This document shows positions 9,979-18,874 of a stretch of 55,605 nucleotides of DNA, piece by piece. A program made the position numbers and the translations under genes. Position 1 is the stretch's first letter. Every line of letters begins with the position of its first letter. This stretch comes from Armatimonadota bacterium (GTDB taxonomy: Bacteria > Armatimonadota > UBA10988). The stretch is taken from contig JACRKZ010000119.1 of NCBI GenBank assembly GCA_016235455.1, forward strand, positions 1-55,605, in the 5' to 3' direction. Under the pieces are notes generated by a model that did not search any database, had not been told where the DNA came from, and saw only the letters and a program-made list of their open reading frames with translations.

Positions 9979-10974
9979 TCAGTCGAGCCGCGTGTGCCGC
10001 TCCAGCTGCCCGAGGTAGGTGCGGTACTGCGCCAGTGACACGCCCGGCGGCGTCTGGTGATCCACGCTGGGGATGAACCCACCCCGGCGCATGAGCGGCG
10101 CCAGACGTTCGAACTCGGCTTCCATGGCGGTCTCGCCGTGGGGCATGACCATCTTGTTGTAGTGGCCGACCATGGCCAGATCCGGGAACTGCTCACGCAG
10201 CGCCAACCCGTCGACGCCGGCCTGGCGTTCGAGCGGCAGCACGCCGTCGATGCCTTCACGCCGCAGCCAGGGCACCATGCGCGTCACGTCGCCGTCGGTG
10301 TCGACGATGACCTTGGCGCCGAGTTCGGCCAGGCGCGGCACGATCTGGCGGTAATAGGGCGCGATGAACTCGTCGAAGTGCCGCTCGGAGATCATCGGGC
10401 CGTTGTTGTATGACATATCCTCGGCGAGGGTGACGAAGGTCGGTCGGCAGGTGCGGCCGACGGCCTCGATCAGCCGCAGGTTGAAGTCAGCCAGGTCCTG
10501 GTTCATGCGGTGCAGCAGTTCGGGCTGGTCGTAGAAGGCCAGGCTGACCTGGCTGAAGCCCATCAGTGTGCGCGGGAACCAGAAGAAGCCCTCCAGGGTG
10601 ATCCAGACCACGGCCTCGCCGTCCGCCTGCCGGGCCGCCCAGGGCGCCATGGCCTCGATGGCCCGGCGGTGGTCGGGGAAGAGGTGCGGCCGGACCCGCA
10701 TGTAGTCGTCCATGTCGGCCACGCCACCCTCGATATGGTGCTGAGTGGCCTCGATGGTGGCATCGGTGGTGGAGAACCAGAACTGCTGGTAGGGGTCGAG
10801 GCCGAAGTACTCGGCGATCTCGAAGACACCCGTCAGCTTGGCTGGCAGGCCCTCATCGTGCCAGCGGTTGAGGGTCAGGTCCCACCACATGGCCCATTCC
10901 CAGCGAGGCAGGCGGTCCACCGGCTGAAAGTCCATCACGGCTCGGAAACGCTCGACGTGGTTCATCTGCTCCAT
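9979..10974 (-). CDS. Uroporphyrinogen decarboxylase/methyltransferase-like (URO-D fold) protein
   Basis: ERFRAVMDFQPVDRLP, EDMSY..GPMIS..F, DTDGDV, GGFIPSVDHQTPP. Confidence 0.85.
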   Translation of the reverse strand: MEQMNHVERFRAVMDFQPVDRLPRWEWAMWWDLTLNRWHDEGLPAKLTGVFEIAEYFGLDPYQQFWFSTTDATIEATQHHIEGGVADMDDYMRVRPHLFPDHRRAIEAMAPWAARQADGEAVVWITLEGFFWFPRTLMGFSQVSLAFYDQPELLHRMNQDLADFNLRLIEAVGRTCRPTFVTLAEDMSYNNGPMISERHFDEFIAPYYRQIVPRLAELGAKVIVDTDGDVTRMVPWLRREGIDGVLPLERQAGVDGLALREQFPDLAMVGHYNKMVMPHGETAMEAEFERLAPLMRRGGFIPSVDHQTPPGVSLAQYRTYLGQLERHTRLD

Positions 10975-13900
10975 GGCTCGGCTCCACCGGTCAGCTTGAG
11001 GTAGCGCAATTCGGGCGTGGCGGAGCCATTCCTGGCCGCCGACAGCCGGAACCGCACGCGCGCGAAGCGCCAGGCGCGCGCGGCGACGGCCGAGGTCGAC
11101 CGTCCGTCCGCTGGCGAGAAGGCAACTCTCTGCCCCACGCTCCCAAACCCGTCATCGGAGAACTCGACTTCGGCCTCGAGGCGACCGCCGCGCAGCGCTG
11201 CCTCGACCACCGCCGACCGCACCGCCACGGGCTGACCCCAGTCGCAGACGCTGCTCAGGTAGCTGCCCGTGGTGGCCATGATCATCGGCGGCTCCGCAGC
11301 CGACCGCGCCCGCGGGTAGGCGAAGTCGGCCGGCGCCAAGGCACCAGCGTCGACGCGCGCGTCCGCCAAGGCGCCAACGAAGCGGAATCCTTGGCCCAGC
11401 CCGCCCAGGCATAGCGGCGCCGGGCTGCTGCTCAGGCCGATGGGCGTAATGTCCACGGGGTTGACTGCGGTCGGTTGAGTCTGCGCTGTGTCCAGTCGTC
11501 CATCGACGTAGAGACTGAGGCGCTGCGTTCCGCGATCGACGACGGCGGCGGCATGGTGCCAGGCGCCATCGGCCACCACGGCGCTGCCCAGGGCCTCGCG
11601 GTGGGCCAGGCCGTCCTGCATCACCCAGGCGGCCAGCCTGCCGTCCTTGACGTAGAGGCAGTAGGCCTCGGGACGCGCCAGCATCACGCGGATGTCGCGC
11701 GCCTCGGTGCGGAACCAGGTCTGCAGCGTGAAGCTCTGGCCGGGCGAGAAGCTGTACCAGCCCGGGTCGGACGCGACCAGGTGCGACTGGCCGGCGAACA
11801 CCGCGGCGGACCGATCCGCGGTCGGCCCTGCCTGGCCGAAGGCAACGGGTCCCTCGGCGCGCAGCGCGTGGGCAGCGTCCAGGCGCCAGGCACTGACCAG
11901 GCCGCGCTCAGGCCGCTGGCGGCGCAGCGCGACATGCCGGCCGCCGTCCAGCTCGATGGTGGGATCGGCCGTCGGCGGCACGGCGCCGTTGGCCCAGTGG
12001 CGCGAAACGGTCATCTGCCACTCGGCCGGCGCCGCCGGGCGCACCTCCCAGGTCAGCGCCGCGGGCGGCGTGAAGGCTCGGTCGAGCGGCGTGATGGTCA
12101 CCTGCCCGTCCCGAATAGCCACGCGCTGGCGCACGCCCTTCCACAGGACTTCGGCCGTGGCGCCGGTCCAGCCGCGCGGCAGGCGCGGTCGGACGATCAG
12201 GCGGTCCCAGGTCGGCTCGATGCCCAGGAACCCGCGCACCAACGCCGCGGGCAGCACCACCATGTCGGACAGGTAGGGCTCGTCGGCGCCCGCGGCCACC
12301 TCGCCCTTGACCGTGACCCAGTTGTTGCCCGCACCGCTGTGGCGGCCCAGGCCCTGGCTCAGCCGACGCATACGCGCCCAGGCGCCGTCGACATCGCCGG
12401 CCTCCAATCGAGCCATGACCTCGTAGTAGGTGATGCCCAGGAACGAGCCACAGTTCATGTAAATCGGGAAGGAGCGCTGCCAGGGCAGCGTGTTGATGTG
12501 GTCAGGCACTGGCCAGTAGGCCGAGAGCGAAGCCATGCCCGTGTAGCCATAGTCGCGCTCCAGTTCGCCGATGCGCCGGTCCAGCGTGGCCAGCAGCCGA
12601 CGTGACTGGTCACCGGTCAGCAGTCCAAAGGCCACCGCGGGGAACTGGCAGACGTCGGCGGCATAGGTCACCTGCTGGCCGTCGTGTGCGATCCAGTCGG
12701 TCAGCCGCGGCCCGCCAGGCGCGCGCTCGTTCCACAGCACGGCCGCGTAGGCCGCCTTCACCTGGTCGGCGAGTCGGGTGTGGCGCTCGGCCATGGCCCG
12801 GTTGCCGGCGGCCGCCGCCATCTCCGCGAGACAGCGGCAGGCACGGTAGAACAGCGCGTTGTGGTAGGCGGTGATGCCACTGGCCGGCATCGCGTCGTAG
12901 TACCAGTGGCCGACGGCACCCAGGTCGACCAGGCCCTGCCCATTGCGGCGCGCCGCGAACCAGCCCACGCCACGCTCCAGGTCTGGCAGGAGCTGGCGGA
13001 TGAAGGCCAGGTCGCCACTGTGCATGAGGTACTCGCGCGCGCCAATCGCGTTGTTGAGTCGCGCATCGGCGAAACTGCCACCCCAGTCGTAGCCGAAGTT
13101 GCCGACGCCGGCGGCGTTGACTGTGCCCACGATGGCCGCCAGGTGGCCACGGAAGGCCGTAGCGACGTCGTACGGCTTGCTGGCCAGGCCACCGGTCGCG
13201 GGCACACCCGCCGCGAGAGCCAGGCCCTGCATCCAGGTGGAGCCGTCGTAGTACCAGCCGTCGGTCTCGTTGCCGAAGTCAAAGTGCTTCTGATCGTTGA
13301 CCAGACCGCCGTTGAGCAGCGAGCCGTAGAAGCTGGCCATGGTGCGCTCGACCGGCTTGTCGGGCAGGCTGACGGCCAGTTGGTAGCCGGTGGCGTACTT
13401 GTCGCTCGGGGCCAGCCGCAGCGTGATGCGCTCGGTCTGGCCGGCGCGGAAGGAGCGCGGCCACTGAGCCGATGAGACGGCGCCCAGCTCCGCGCGCCAG
13501 CCGAAGAAGCCACGCCGGTAGAGGTGACCACCGTGCGCGGCGAGGCGCAGATCGACCTGCGCGTGCCACCCGGTCCAGAGCTTGGCGACCGCCCATGTGT
13601 CGGGATCGGCAACCACCACGGCGTTGTCCAGCGAGAGCTTGTAGTCAGCTGGCCAGGCGCGGTAGAGCGGCTCGAACGAAGCGCTGAGCTGGTCGGGCCG
13701 CACCCACAGCGTGTGGGTGACGGCGTTGGGCAGCAACTGCTCCTCGGTCTGGCGGCGAAACGAAGAGAACAGGCCCGGCGTACCGGCCAGCCTGACCTCG
13801 GAATCCACCAGCCACCGCCGTTCGATGGTCCACGATAGCGCGCTGCCCTCGCTGCGCAGCACCCACCGCTCCACCGCCACGGGCGGCTCGCCGCGGCCAG

Positions 13901-14228
13901 CGGCGAGCGTCACGCCGTCGAGCACCAGCCGATCGGCCTCGCGCCGGGCCGCGCCAGGCGGATTGGCGCGACTCTCGTAGCGTCGGCCGTCAGCATCGAC
14001 GACGTAGGTGTAGCCTTCCTCACCCCATGCCGCCACCCCGCGCGGCCACGGACTGCCGGCCGGCGCCAGCAGGGACTGCGGCTCGAGCGCGCCGCTCGGC
14101 TGCCGCAGCACAAGCGACGCCAACGCCGGCCGCAGCGGATCGACCTCGGCCCGGCCGAAAGCGCCGTCCAGCACCAGCGGCGCCGAGGTCACAAGCAGCA
14201 TGCTCAGGGTCAGCAGCGGCACGGTCAT
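10962..14228 (-). CDS. Large secreted six-hairpin glycosidase-like protein with a C-terminal LamG-like domain
   Basis: ATG 14228 overlaps the upstream stop; signal peptide; helical WYYD/YHNALFY core; LamG motifs DGAWHHAAAVVDR and LYVDGRL. Confidence 0.7.
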   Translation of the reverse strand: MTVPLLTLSMLLVTSAPLVLDGAFGRAEVDPLRPALASLVLRQPSGALEPQSLLAPAGSPWPRGVAAWGEEGYTYVVDADGRRYESRANPPGAARREADRLVLDGVTLAAGRGEPPVAVERWVLRSEGSALSWTIERRWLVDSEVRLAGTPGLFSSFRRQTEEQLLPNAVTHTLWVRPDQLSASFEPLYRAWPADYKLSLDNAVVVADPDTWAVAKLWTGWHAQVDLRLAAHGGHLYRRGFFGWRAELGAVSSAQWPRSFRAGQTERITLRLAPSDKYATGYQLAVSLPDKPVERTMASFYGSLLNGGLVNDQKHFDFGNETDGWYYDGSTWMQGLALAAGVPATGGLASKPYDVATAFRGHLAAIVGTVNAAGVGNFGYDWGGSFADARLNNAIGAREYLMHSGDLAFIRQLLPDLERGVGWFAARRNGQGLVDLGAVGHWYYDAMPASGITAYHNALFYRACRCLAEMAAAAGNRAMAERHTRLADQVKAAYAAVLWNERAPGGPRLTDWIAHDGQQVTYAADVCQFPAVAFGLLTGDQSRRLLATLDRRIGELERDYGYTGMASLSAYWPVPDHINTLPWQRSFPIYMNCGSFLGITYYEVMARLEAGDVDGAWARMRRLSQGLGRHSGAGNNWVTVKGEVAAGADEPYLSDMVVLPAALVRGFLGIEPTWDRLIVRPRLPRGWTGATAEVLWKGVRQRVAIRDGQVTITPLDRAFTPPAALTWEVRPAAPAEWQMTVSRHWANGAVPPTADPTIELDGGRHVALRRQRPERGLVSAWRLDAAHALRAEGPVAFGQAGPTADRSAAVFAGQSHLVASDPGWYSFSPGQSFTLQTWFRTEARDIRVMLARPEAYCLYVKDGRLAAWVMQDGLAHREALGSAVVADGAWHHAAAVVDRGTQRLSLYVDGRLDTAQTQPTAVNPVDITPIGLSSSPAPLCLGGLGQGFRFVGALADARVDAGALAPADFAYPRARSAAEPPMIMATTGSYLSSVCDWGQPVAVRSAVVEAALRGGRLEAEVEFSDDGFGSVGQRVAFSPADGRSTSAVAARAWRFARVRFRLSAARNGSATPELRYLKLTGGAEPWSR

Positions 14229-15013
14229 TGCCCTTTCGGTCCGGCGCTGTTGGCCAGAACGAAGTCCACCAGCTCCTGGCACTGGAAGAAGCCCTCCCAC
14301 AGATTGTGGCCCTGGCCCGGCGGCACGATGAGCTGCATCTTCCCGCCCAGAGCCTCGTAGCGCTTGGCCACCTCGCCCGAGTTGTCGGCCAGAGGCACCA
14401 CGGTGTCGACGTCGCCGTGGATGTGGAGGATGGGCACGCCGGCCTTGGCCAGCGGCGCCAGGCGGTCGATGGGGTTGTGTTGCGCCAACTGTGCCTCGAG
14501 CTCGGCGGCGGTCAGGCCATAGGCGCCGCACGCCTTGTCCAGTCCGGGGTAGCTGCGCAGATTGCAGACCGGGTAGATGCCCGCGATACAGGCTACGGCG
14601 TCGGCGTGTTCGGCGGCCCAGTTGTACAGCATCAGCCCGCCACGACTGCGCGCCAGCAGACAGGCTTTGAGCGCGAAGCCGCGCTGACCGGTCAGTTCGT
14701 CGTAGAGCTTCTGACAGACGGCGCGGCCCGCCGGGCTGCCGTGCGATTCGCCCACGTCGATGCCGGCAATGGCGATACCGCGCGCCAGCCAGCGGCCGAA
14801 CATCCAGTTCTCGCGTGGCTCGGGCAGGCCGGGGAGCGTGGGCGCATACCACACCCACGGCGTCGGCTTGGGCGCCTTCTCGGGCAGCATCACAAATGCG
14901 CGATGGCCGTCGACCTCGAAGGTCTGCCGAACCGGCTCGGGCGGCTCCTCGGCACGAGCGGCCTGGCCGGCACCCAGCGCGGCACACAACAACAACAGGT
15001 CGAGACGGATCAT
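14225..15013 (-). CDS. Secreted alpha/beta hydrolase (S9/esterase-like)
   Basis: Signal peptide, ARSRGG nucleophile elbow, HIHGDVDTVVP, GHN. Confidence 0.85.
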   Translation of the reverse strand: MIRLDLLLLCAALGAGQAARAEEPPEPVRQTFEVDGHRAFVMLPEKAPKPTPWVWYAPTLPGLPEPRENWMFGRWLARGIAIAGIDVGESHGSPAGRAVCQKLYDELTGQRGFALKACLLARSRGGLMLYNWAAEHADAVACIAGIYPVCNLRSYPGLDKACGAYGLTAAELEAQLAQHNPIDRLAPLAKAGVPILHIHGDVDTVVPLADNSGEVAKRYEALGGKMQLIVPPGQGHNLWEGFFQCQELVDFVLANSAGPKGQ

Positions 15014-15132
15014 GGCGGCCTCCCAGCGTCGTCGAGCTGTGTGCGCATTCTGGCCGCCGGCCTGTCGACCTTCCGGCAGGATTCACCTGGCCGCCGCACA
15101 AAAGGGCACACGACGGTGCGGAGGCCGTGACT

Positions 15133-16509
15133 ATGAGCAGCGATCGCCGTGACTTCCTGCGCCGTGCTGGCGTCGGCGCGCTGGCCGCCACATTGGCCCG
15201 CGGCGCAGCGGCAGCCCCCCGACCCAACGTGCTGTTCGTCCTGGCCGACGATATGCGTCCCGACTGCATCGGCGCCATGGGCAACGCGCACATCCGCACG
15301 CCGCACCTGGACGAACTGGTCGGCCGCGGCATGGCCTTCACTCGCGCCTACGTGCAGGGCGCCAACAGCGGCGCCGTCTGCACGCCCAGTCGCACCATGA
15401 TCCTAAGCGGGCGCAGCGTCTATCACCACACCAACGGCGGGTTCGCCAAAGGCAACACCGGCCCCGAGGCGCTGTGGGCCACCACCATGGCCGCCGCCGG
15501 CTACGAGACCTTCCATCTGGGCAAGCGCGGCAACTCCTATCTGCCAGGCATGAAAGCGTTCGAGACCTGCCTGTTCACCGAGCAGATCGGCGCCGACCAG
15601 CACGAGGTGGCCAGCGAGAGGTGCGCCGACCGCGTGATCGCCTTCCTGCGCGAACGCCGCTCCGACCGCCCGTTCTTCACCTACCTGGCGCCGCCGGTGC
15701 CACACGATCCGCGCGTGGCGCCCAAGGCGTTCATGGACCTCTACGACCCCGACCAGATCCCCCTGCCGGCGCGCTACCTGCCGGTCCACCCGTTCGACAA
15801 CGGCGAGATGACCGTGCGCGACGAGAAGCTCGCGCCCTGGCCGCGCAGCGAGGCGGTCATCCGCCGCCACCTGGCCGACGACTACGCCTGCATCACCTGC
15901 CTCGACCACCACCTCGGCCGCATCGTGGCGGAGCTGCGCACTCAGAAGCAGCTCGACAACACGCTCATCGTCTTCGCCGGCGACAACGGCCTGTCGCTGG
16001 GCGACCATGGGCTGATGGGCAAGCAGAACCTCTATGAGTTCGGCGGGATGCACGTGCCGCTGGTCTTCGCCGGGCCGGGCGTACCCCAGGGCCGCAGCGA
16101 TGCCTTCGCCTACCTGTTCGACGTCTACCCCACGGTCTGCGACCTGACGGGCGTGCCCATCCCGCGCGAAGTGGAGAGCACCAGCCTCAGACCTGTGCTC
16201 ACCGGCACGCGACAGGCCGTGCACGACGTCATGTTCACCGGCTACCGCGCCTGCCAACGCGCGGTGCGCGACGACCGATGGAAGATCATCCGCTACCCGC
16301 TCGTCGACCGCACCCAGCTCTTCGACCTGGCCACCGACCCTTGTGAACTACACGACCTGGCCGACCGGCCCGAGCACGCGGCCAAGCTGGTCGAGATGAT
16401 GACTCTGCTGGCCGCCCAACAGAAGCGCTATGACGACCCGGTGCCGCTGACCGTGGCCCACCCGCAGCCCGCGGCGTGGACGCCACCAGCCAAGGGCGGC
16501 GCCGGCTGA
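15133..16509 (+). CDS. Sulfatase (choline-sulfatase-like), Tat-exported
   Basis: RRDFL Tat motif, PNVLFVLADD, CTPSR, PHDP, GDNG, GKQNLYE; GGAGG RBS. Confidence 0.92.
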   Translation: MSSDRRDFLRRAGVGALAATLARGAAAAPRPNVLFVLADDMRPDCIGAMGNAHIRTPHLDELVGRGMAFTRAYVQGANSGAVCTPSRTMILSGRSVYHHTNGGFAKGNTGPEALWATTMAAAGYETFHLGKRGNSYLPGMKAFETCLFTEQIGADQHEVASERCADRVIAFLRERRSDRPFFTYLAPPVPHDPRVAPKAFMDLYDPDQIPLPARYLPVHPFDNGEMTVRDEKLAPWPRSEAVIRRHLADDYACITCLDHHLGRIVAELRTQKQLDNTLIVFAGDNGLSLGDHGLMGKQNLYEFGGMHVPLVFAGPGVPQGRSDAFAYLFDVYPTVCDLTGVPIPREVESTSLRPVLTGTRQAVHDVMFTGYRACQRAVRDDRWKIIRYPLVDRTQLFDLATDPCELHDLADRPEHAAKLVEMMTLLAAQQKRYDDPVPLTVAHPQPAAWTPPAKGGAG

Positions 16510-16522
16510 GAGGGACGCAACC

Positions 16523-18868
16523 ATGAACCGACTGACCGCTGGGATGATGGTCGGGCTGTGCGCATTGGGCGCCGCCGTCGCCGCAGCGCCGCCTGAGCGC
16601 GGGCTGGTGCTGCACCTCGACGCGAGCCGGAGCGGCGCCGCCGAGGGCAGTCGGCTGGCGCGCTGGCGCGATCTCTCGGCCGGCGGGCATCATATGGCCC
16701 AGGCCGACGCCAACCTGCAGCCGCTGCTCGTGGCCGGTGCGCTCGGCGGGCTGCCGGCGGTGCGGTTCGCCGCGCGTGAGTACCTCGATGGCCCGGCCGT
16801 GCTGCCCGAGGGTTGCGCCAGGCTGACCATCGCCGCGGTCTGGCGCCGCACCGACACCGGCGGCGGACAGGTCATCTGCGAGCAGGCCGACGACGGCATC
16901 GGCCGCCGCGTCAGCCTGCTGACCGTGGGCGACCGCTATGGCTTCAACGGGCAGAACAACGACCAGCACGACCTACTGGCGTTCCGCGCCGGCCAGGCCA
17001 CGCTGTCGGTCATGACGCTGGACGACAGCGGACTGGTGCGGCTCTGGCACAACGACGCCGCCGGCGGCAGCGGGGCCTGTGCCAGCGTCGTGCGCACCTT
17101 GCAGAACACCGGCGCCAAGGTCTTCCGCGTGGGCGCCAAGGTGATCGGCGATAACGAGCGACTGGCGGGCGATATCGGCGAGATCCTGGTCTGGGACCGC
17201 GTGCTCGACTTCGCCGAAGTCCAGGCGGTCAACAGCTACCTGGGCGCCAAGTGGCGGGTCAGCGAGAAGGTGGACACGATGAGCACACAGCGCATGGACG
17301 AGGGCCCGGACTACCACTCCAAGGTGCCGTTCTACAGCTTCGGCAAGACACTGGCCGAGCAGGAAGCGCAGTTGCGCGACAACCCGCTGCTGGCGCGATT
17401 CCGCGCCTCGCGCGCCAAGCTGGCGGCCGACCCGTACCGCCCGATCTACCACTTCACCAGCCCCGAGAGCAGCCTCAACGACCCCAATGGGCTGTGCTTC
17501 TGGCAGGGCCGCTGGCACCTGTTCTACCAGGGCTATCCGCCCGAGGACCCGCGCCAGCATTGGGGCCACGCCGTCAGTGACGACCTGATCCACTGGCGCG
17601 ACCTGCCCTATGCCATCTACCCGCATCCCGAGGAGTGCTGCTTCTCGGGTGCGACGCTGGTCGAGCCCGACCGCGTCATCGCGATGTACCACGGCACCAA
17701 GGTGGGCAACATGGTGGCCACCTCAACCGATCCGCTGCTGCTCAACTGGGACAAGCTGACCGGCAAGGCGGTCATCCCCCTGCGCCAGCCCAACGGCGCG
17801 CCGCAGCCGTTCGGCGTGTTCGATCCGTGCGTCTGGAAGCAGGGCGACTGGTACTACTCGCTCTCCGCCGGCACCGAGCCTGGGCCGGGCAACGGCCGCG
17901 TGCGCGCCGACTTCCTGCTGCGCTCGAAGGACCTGACCACCTGGGAGTACCTGCACCCGTTCGCCGAGGGCGACGCCTTCTCCCTGGTCGGCGACGACGG
18001 CGCCTGCCCGTACTTCTGGCCCATCGGCGACCGCCACATCCTGCTGCACTTCTCGCACATGAGCGGCGGCAAGTACATCCTCGGCCGCTACGACACCGAG
18101 CGCCAGAAGCTGGTGGTCACCGGCGGCGGCCCGTTCAACTTCGGCGCCTCCTGGCCGGCGGGGGTCCATGCCCCCTCCGCCGCGCCGGACGGCGTCGCGC
18201 CGGACGGCAAGGGCGGCGTGATGGCTATCTTCAACATGAACGCGGCCAAGCCAACGCCGGGCTGGGACCAGATCATGTCGCTGCCGCGCCACCTGACGCT
18301 CAGCCCTGAGGGCGAACTGCTCCAGGAGCCCGCCGGCGACTATGCTTCGTTGCGCGGCGAGCGCGTGGCCGTGGGTGAGACGCGGCTGCCGGCCAACCGC
18401 GACGTGGTGCTCGACGCGGTCAAGGGCAATGCGCTGGAGATCGAGGCCGAGATCGACCCGCGCGGCGCGCCGATGGTGGCGCTGGACGTGCTGCGCTCGC
18501 CGGGAGCCGAGGAGTTCACGCGCATCGCGATCTACGCGCAGCAGGGATTCCACTACTGGAACCGCGGCGGCCGCGCCGGCCGCGACACGGTCGTCTCGCT
18601 GGAGACGGCCATGGCGTCGGGCCTGGCCGATGTGCAGTCGCGCCCGCCGGAGAACGCGCCGATCTACATCCCCGAGGGCCAGCCCGTGCGGCTGCATGTG
18701 TTCATCGACAAGAGCGTGGTCGAGGTGTTCATCAACGGCCGGCAGTGCGTGGCGGCGCGGGTCTATCCGGGTCGCGCAGACAGCGTGGGCGTGGCCTTGC
18801 GGGCGCAGGGGCGTGAGGCGGCGCTGCGGTCGTTGCAGGCGTGGGCGATGAAGGGTAGTGGCGGCTAG
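16523..18868 (+). CDS. GH32-family glycosidase with an N-terminal LamG-like domain and an atypical active site
   Basis: NDPNG, WHLFYQ, WGHAVSDDLIHW, FSG, FDP, C-terminal FIDKSVVEVF. Confidence 0.85.
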   Translation: MNRLTAGMMVGLCALGAAVAAAPPERGLVLHLDASRSGAAEGSRLARWRDLSAGGHHMAQADANLQPLLVAGALGGLPAVRFAAREYLDGPAVLPEGCARLTIAAVWRRTDTGGGQVICEQADDGIGRRVSLLTVGDRYGFNGQNNDQHDLLAFRAGQATLSVMTLDDSGLVRLWHNDAAGGSGACASVVRTLQNTGAKVFRVGAKVIGDNERLAGDIGEILVWDRVLDFAEVQAVNSYLGAKWRVSEKVDTMSTQRMDEGPDYHSKVPFYSFGKTLAEQEAQLRDNPLLARFRASRAKLAADPYRPIYHFTSPESSLNDPNGLCFWQGRWHLFYQGYPPEDPRQHWGHAVSDDLIHWRDLPYAIYPHPEECCFSGATLVEPDRVIAMYHGTKVGNMVATSTDPLLLNWDKLTGKAVIPLRQPNGAPQPFGVFDPCVWKQGDWYYSLSAGTEPGPGNGRVRADFLLRSKDLTTWEYLHPFAEGDAFSLVGDDGACPYFWPIGDRHILLHFSHMSGGKYILGRYDTERQKLVVTGGGPFNFGASWPAGVHAPSAAPDGVAPDGKGGVMAIFNMNAAKPTPGWDQIMSLPRHLTLSPEGELLQEPAGDYASLRGERVAVGETRLPANRDVVLDAVKGNALEIEAEIDPRGAPMVALDVLRSPGAEEFTRIAIYAQQGFHYWNRGGRAGRDTVVSLETAMASGLADVQSRPPENAPIYIPEGQPVRLHVFIDKSVVEVFINGRQCVAARVYPGRADSVGVALRAQGREAALRSLQAWAMKGSGG

Positions 18869-18874
18869 GTCGAG

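Noticed and set aside
9979-10974. hemE (heme biosynthesis)
   Set aside because: Lacks the HemE RQAGR motif and has no hem gene context
14229-15341. N-terminal 370 aa of the listed 1459-aa ORF
   Set aside because: Overlaps the esterase and sulfatase genes; the real start is probably ATG 14228 with a signal peptide
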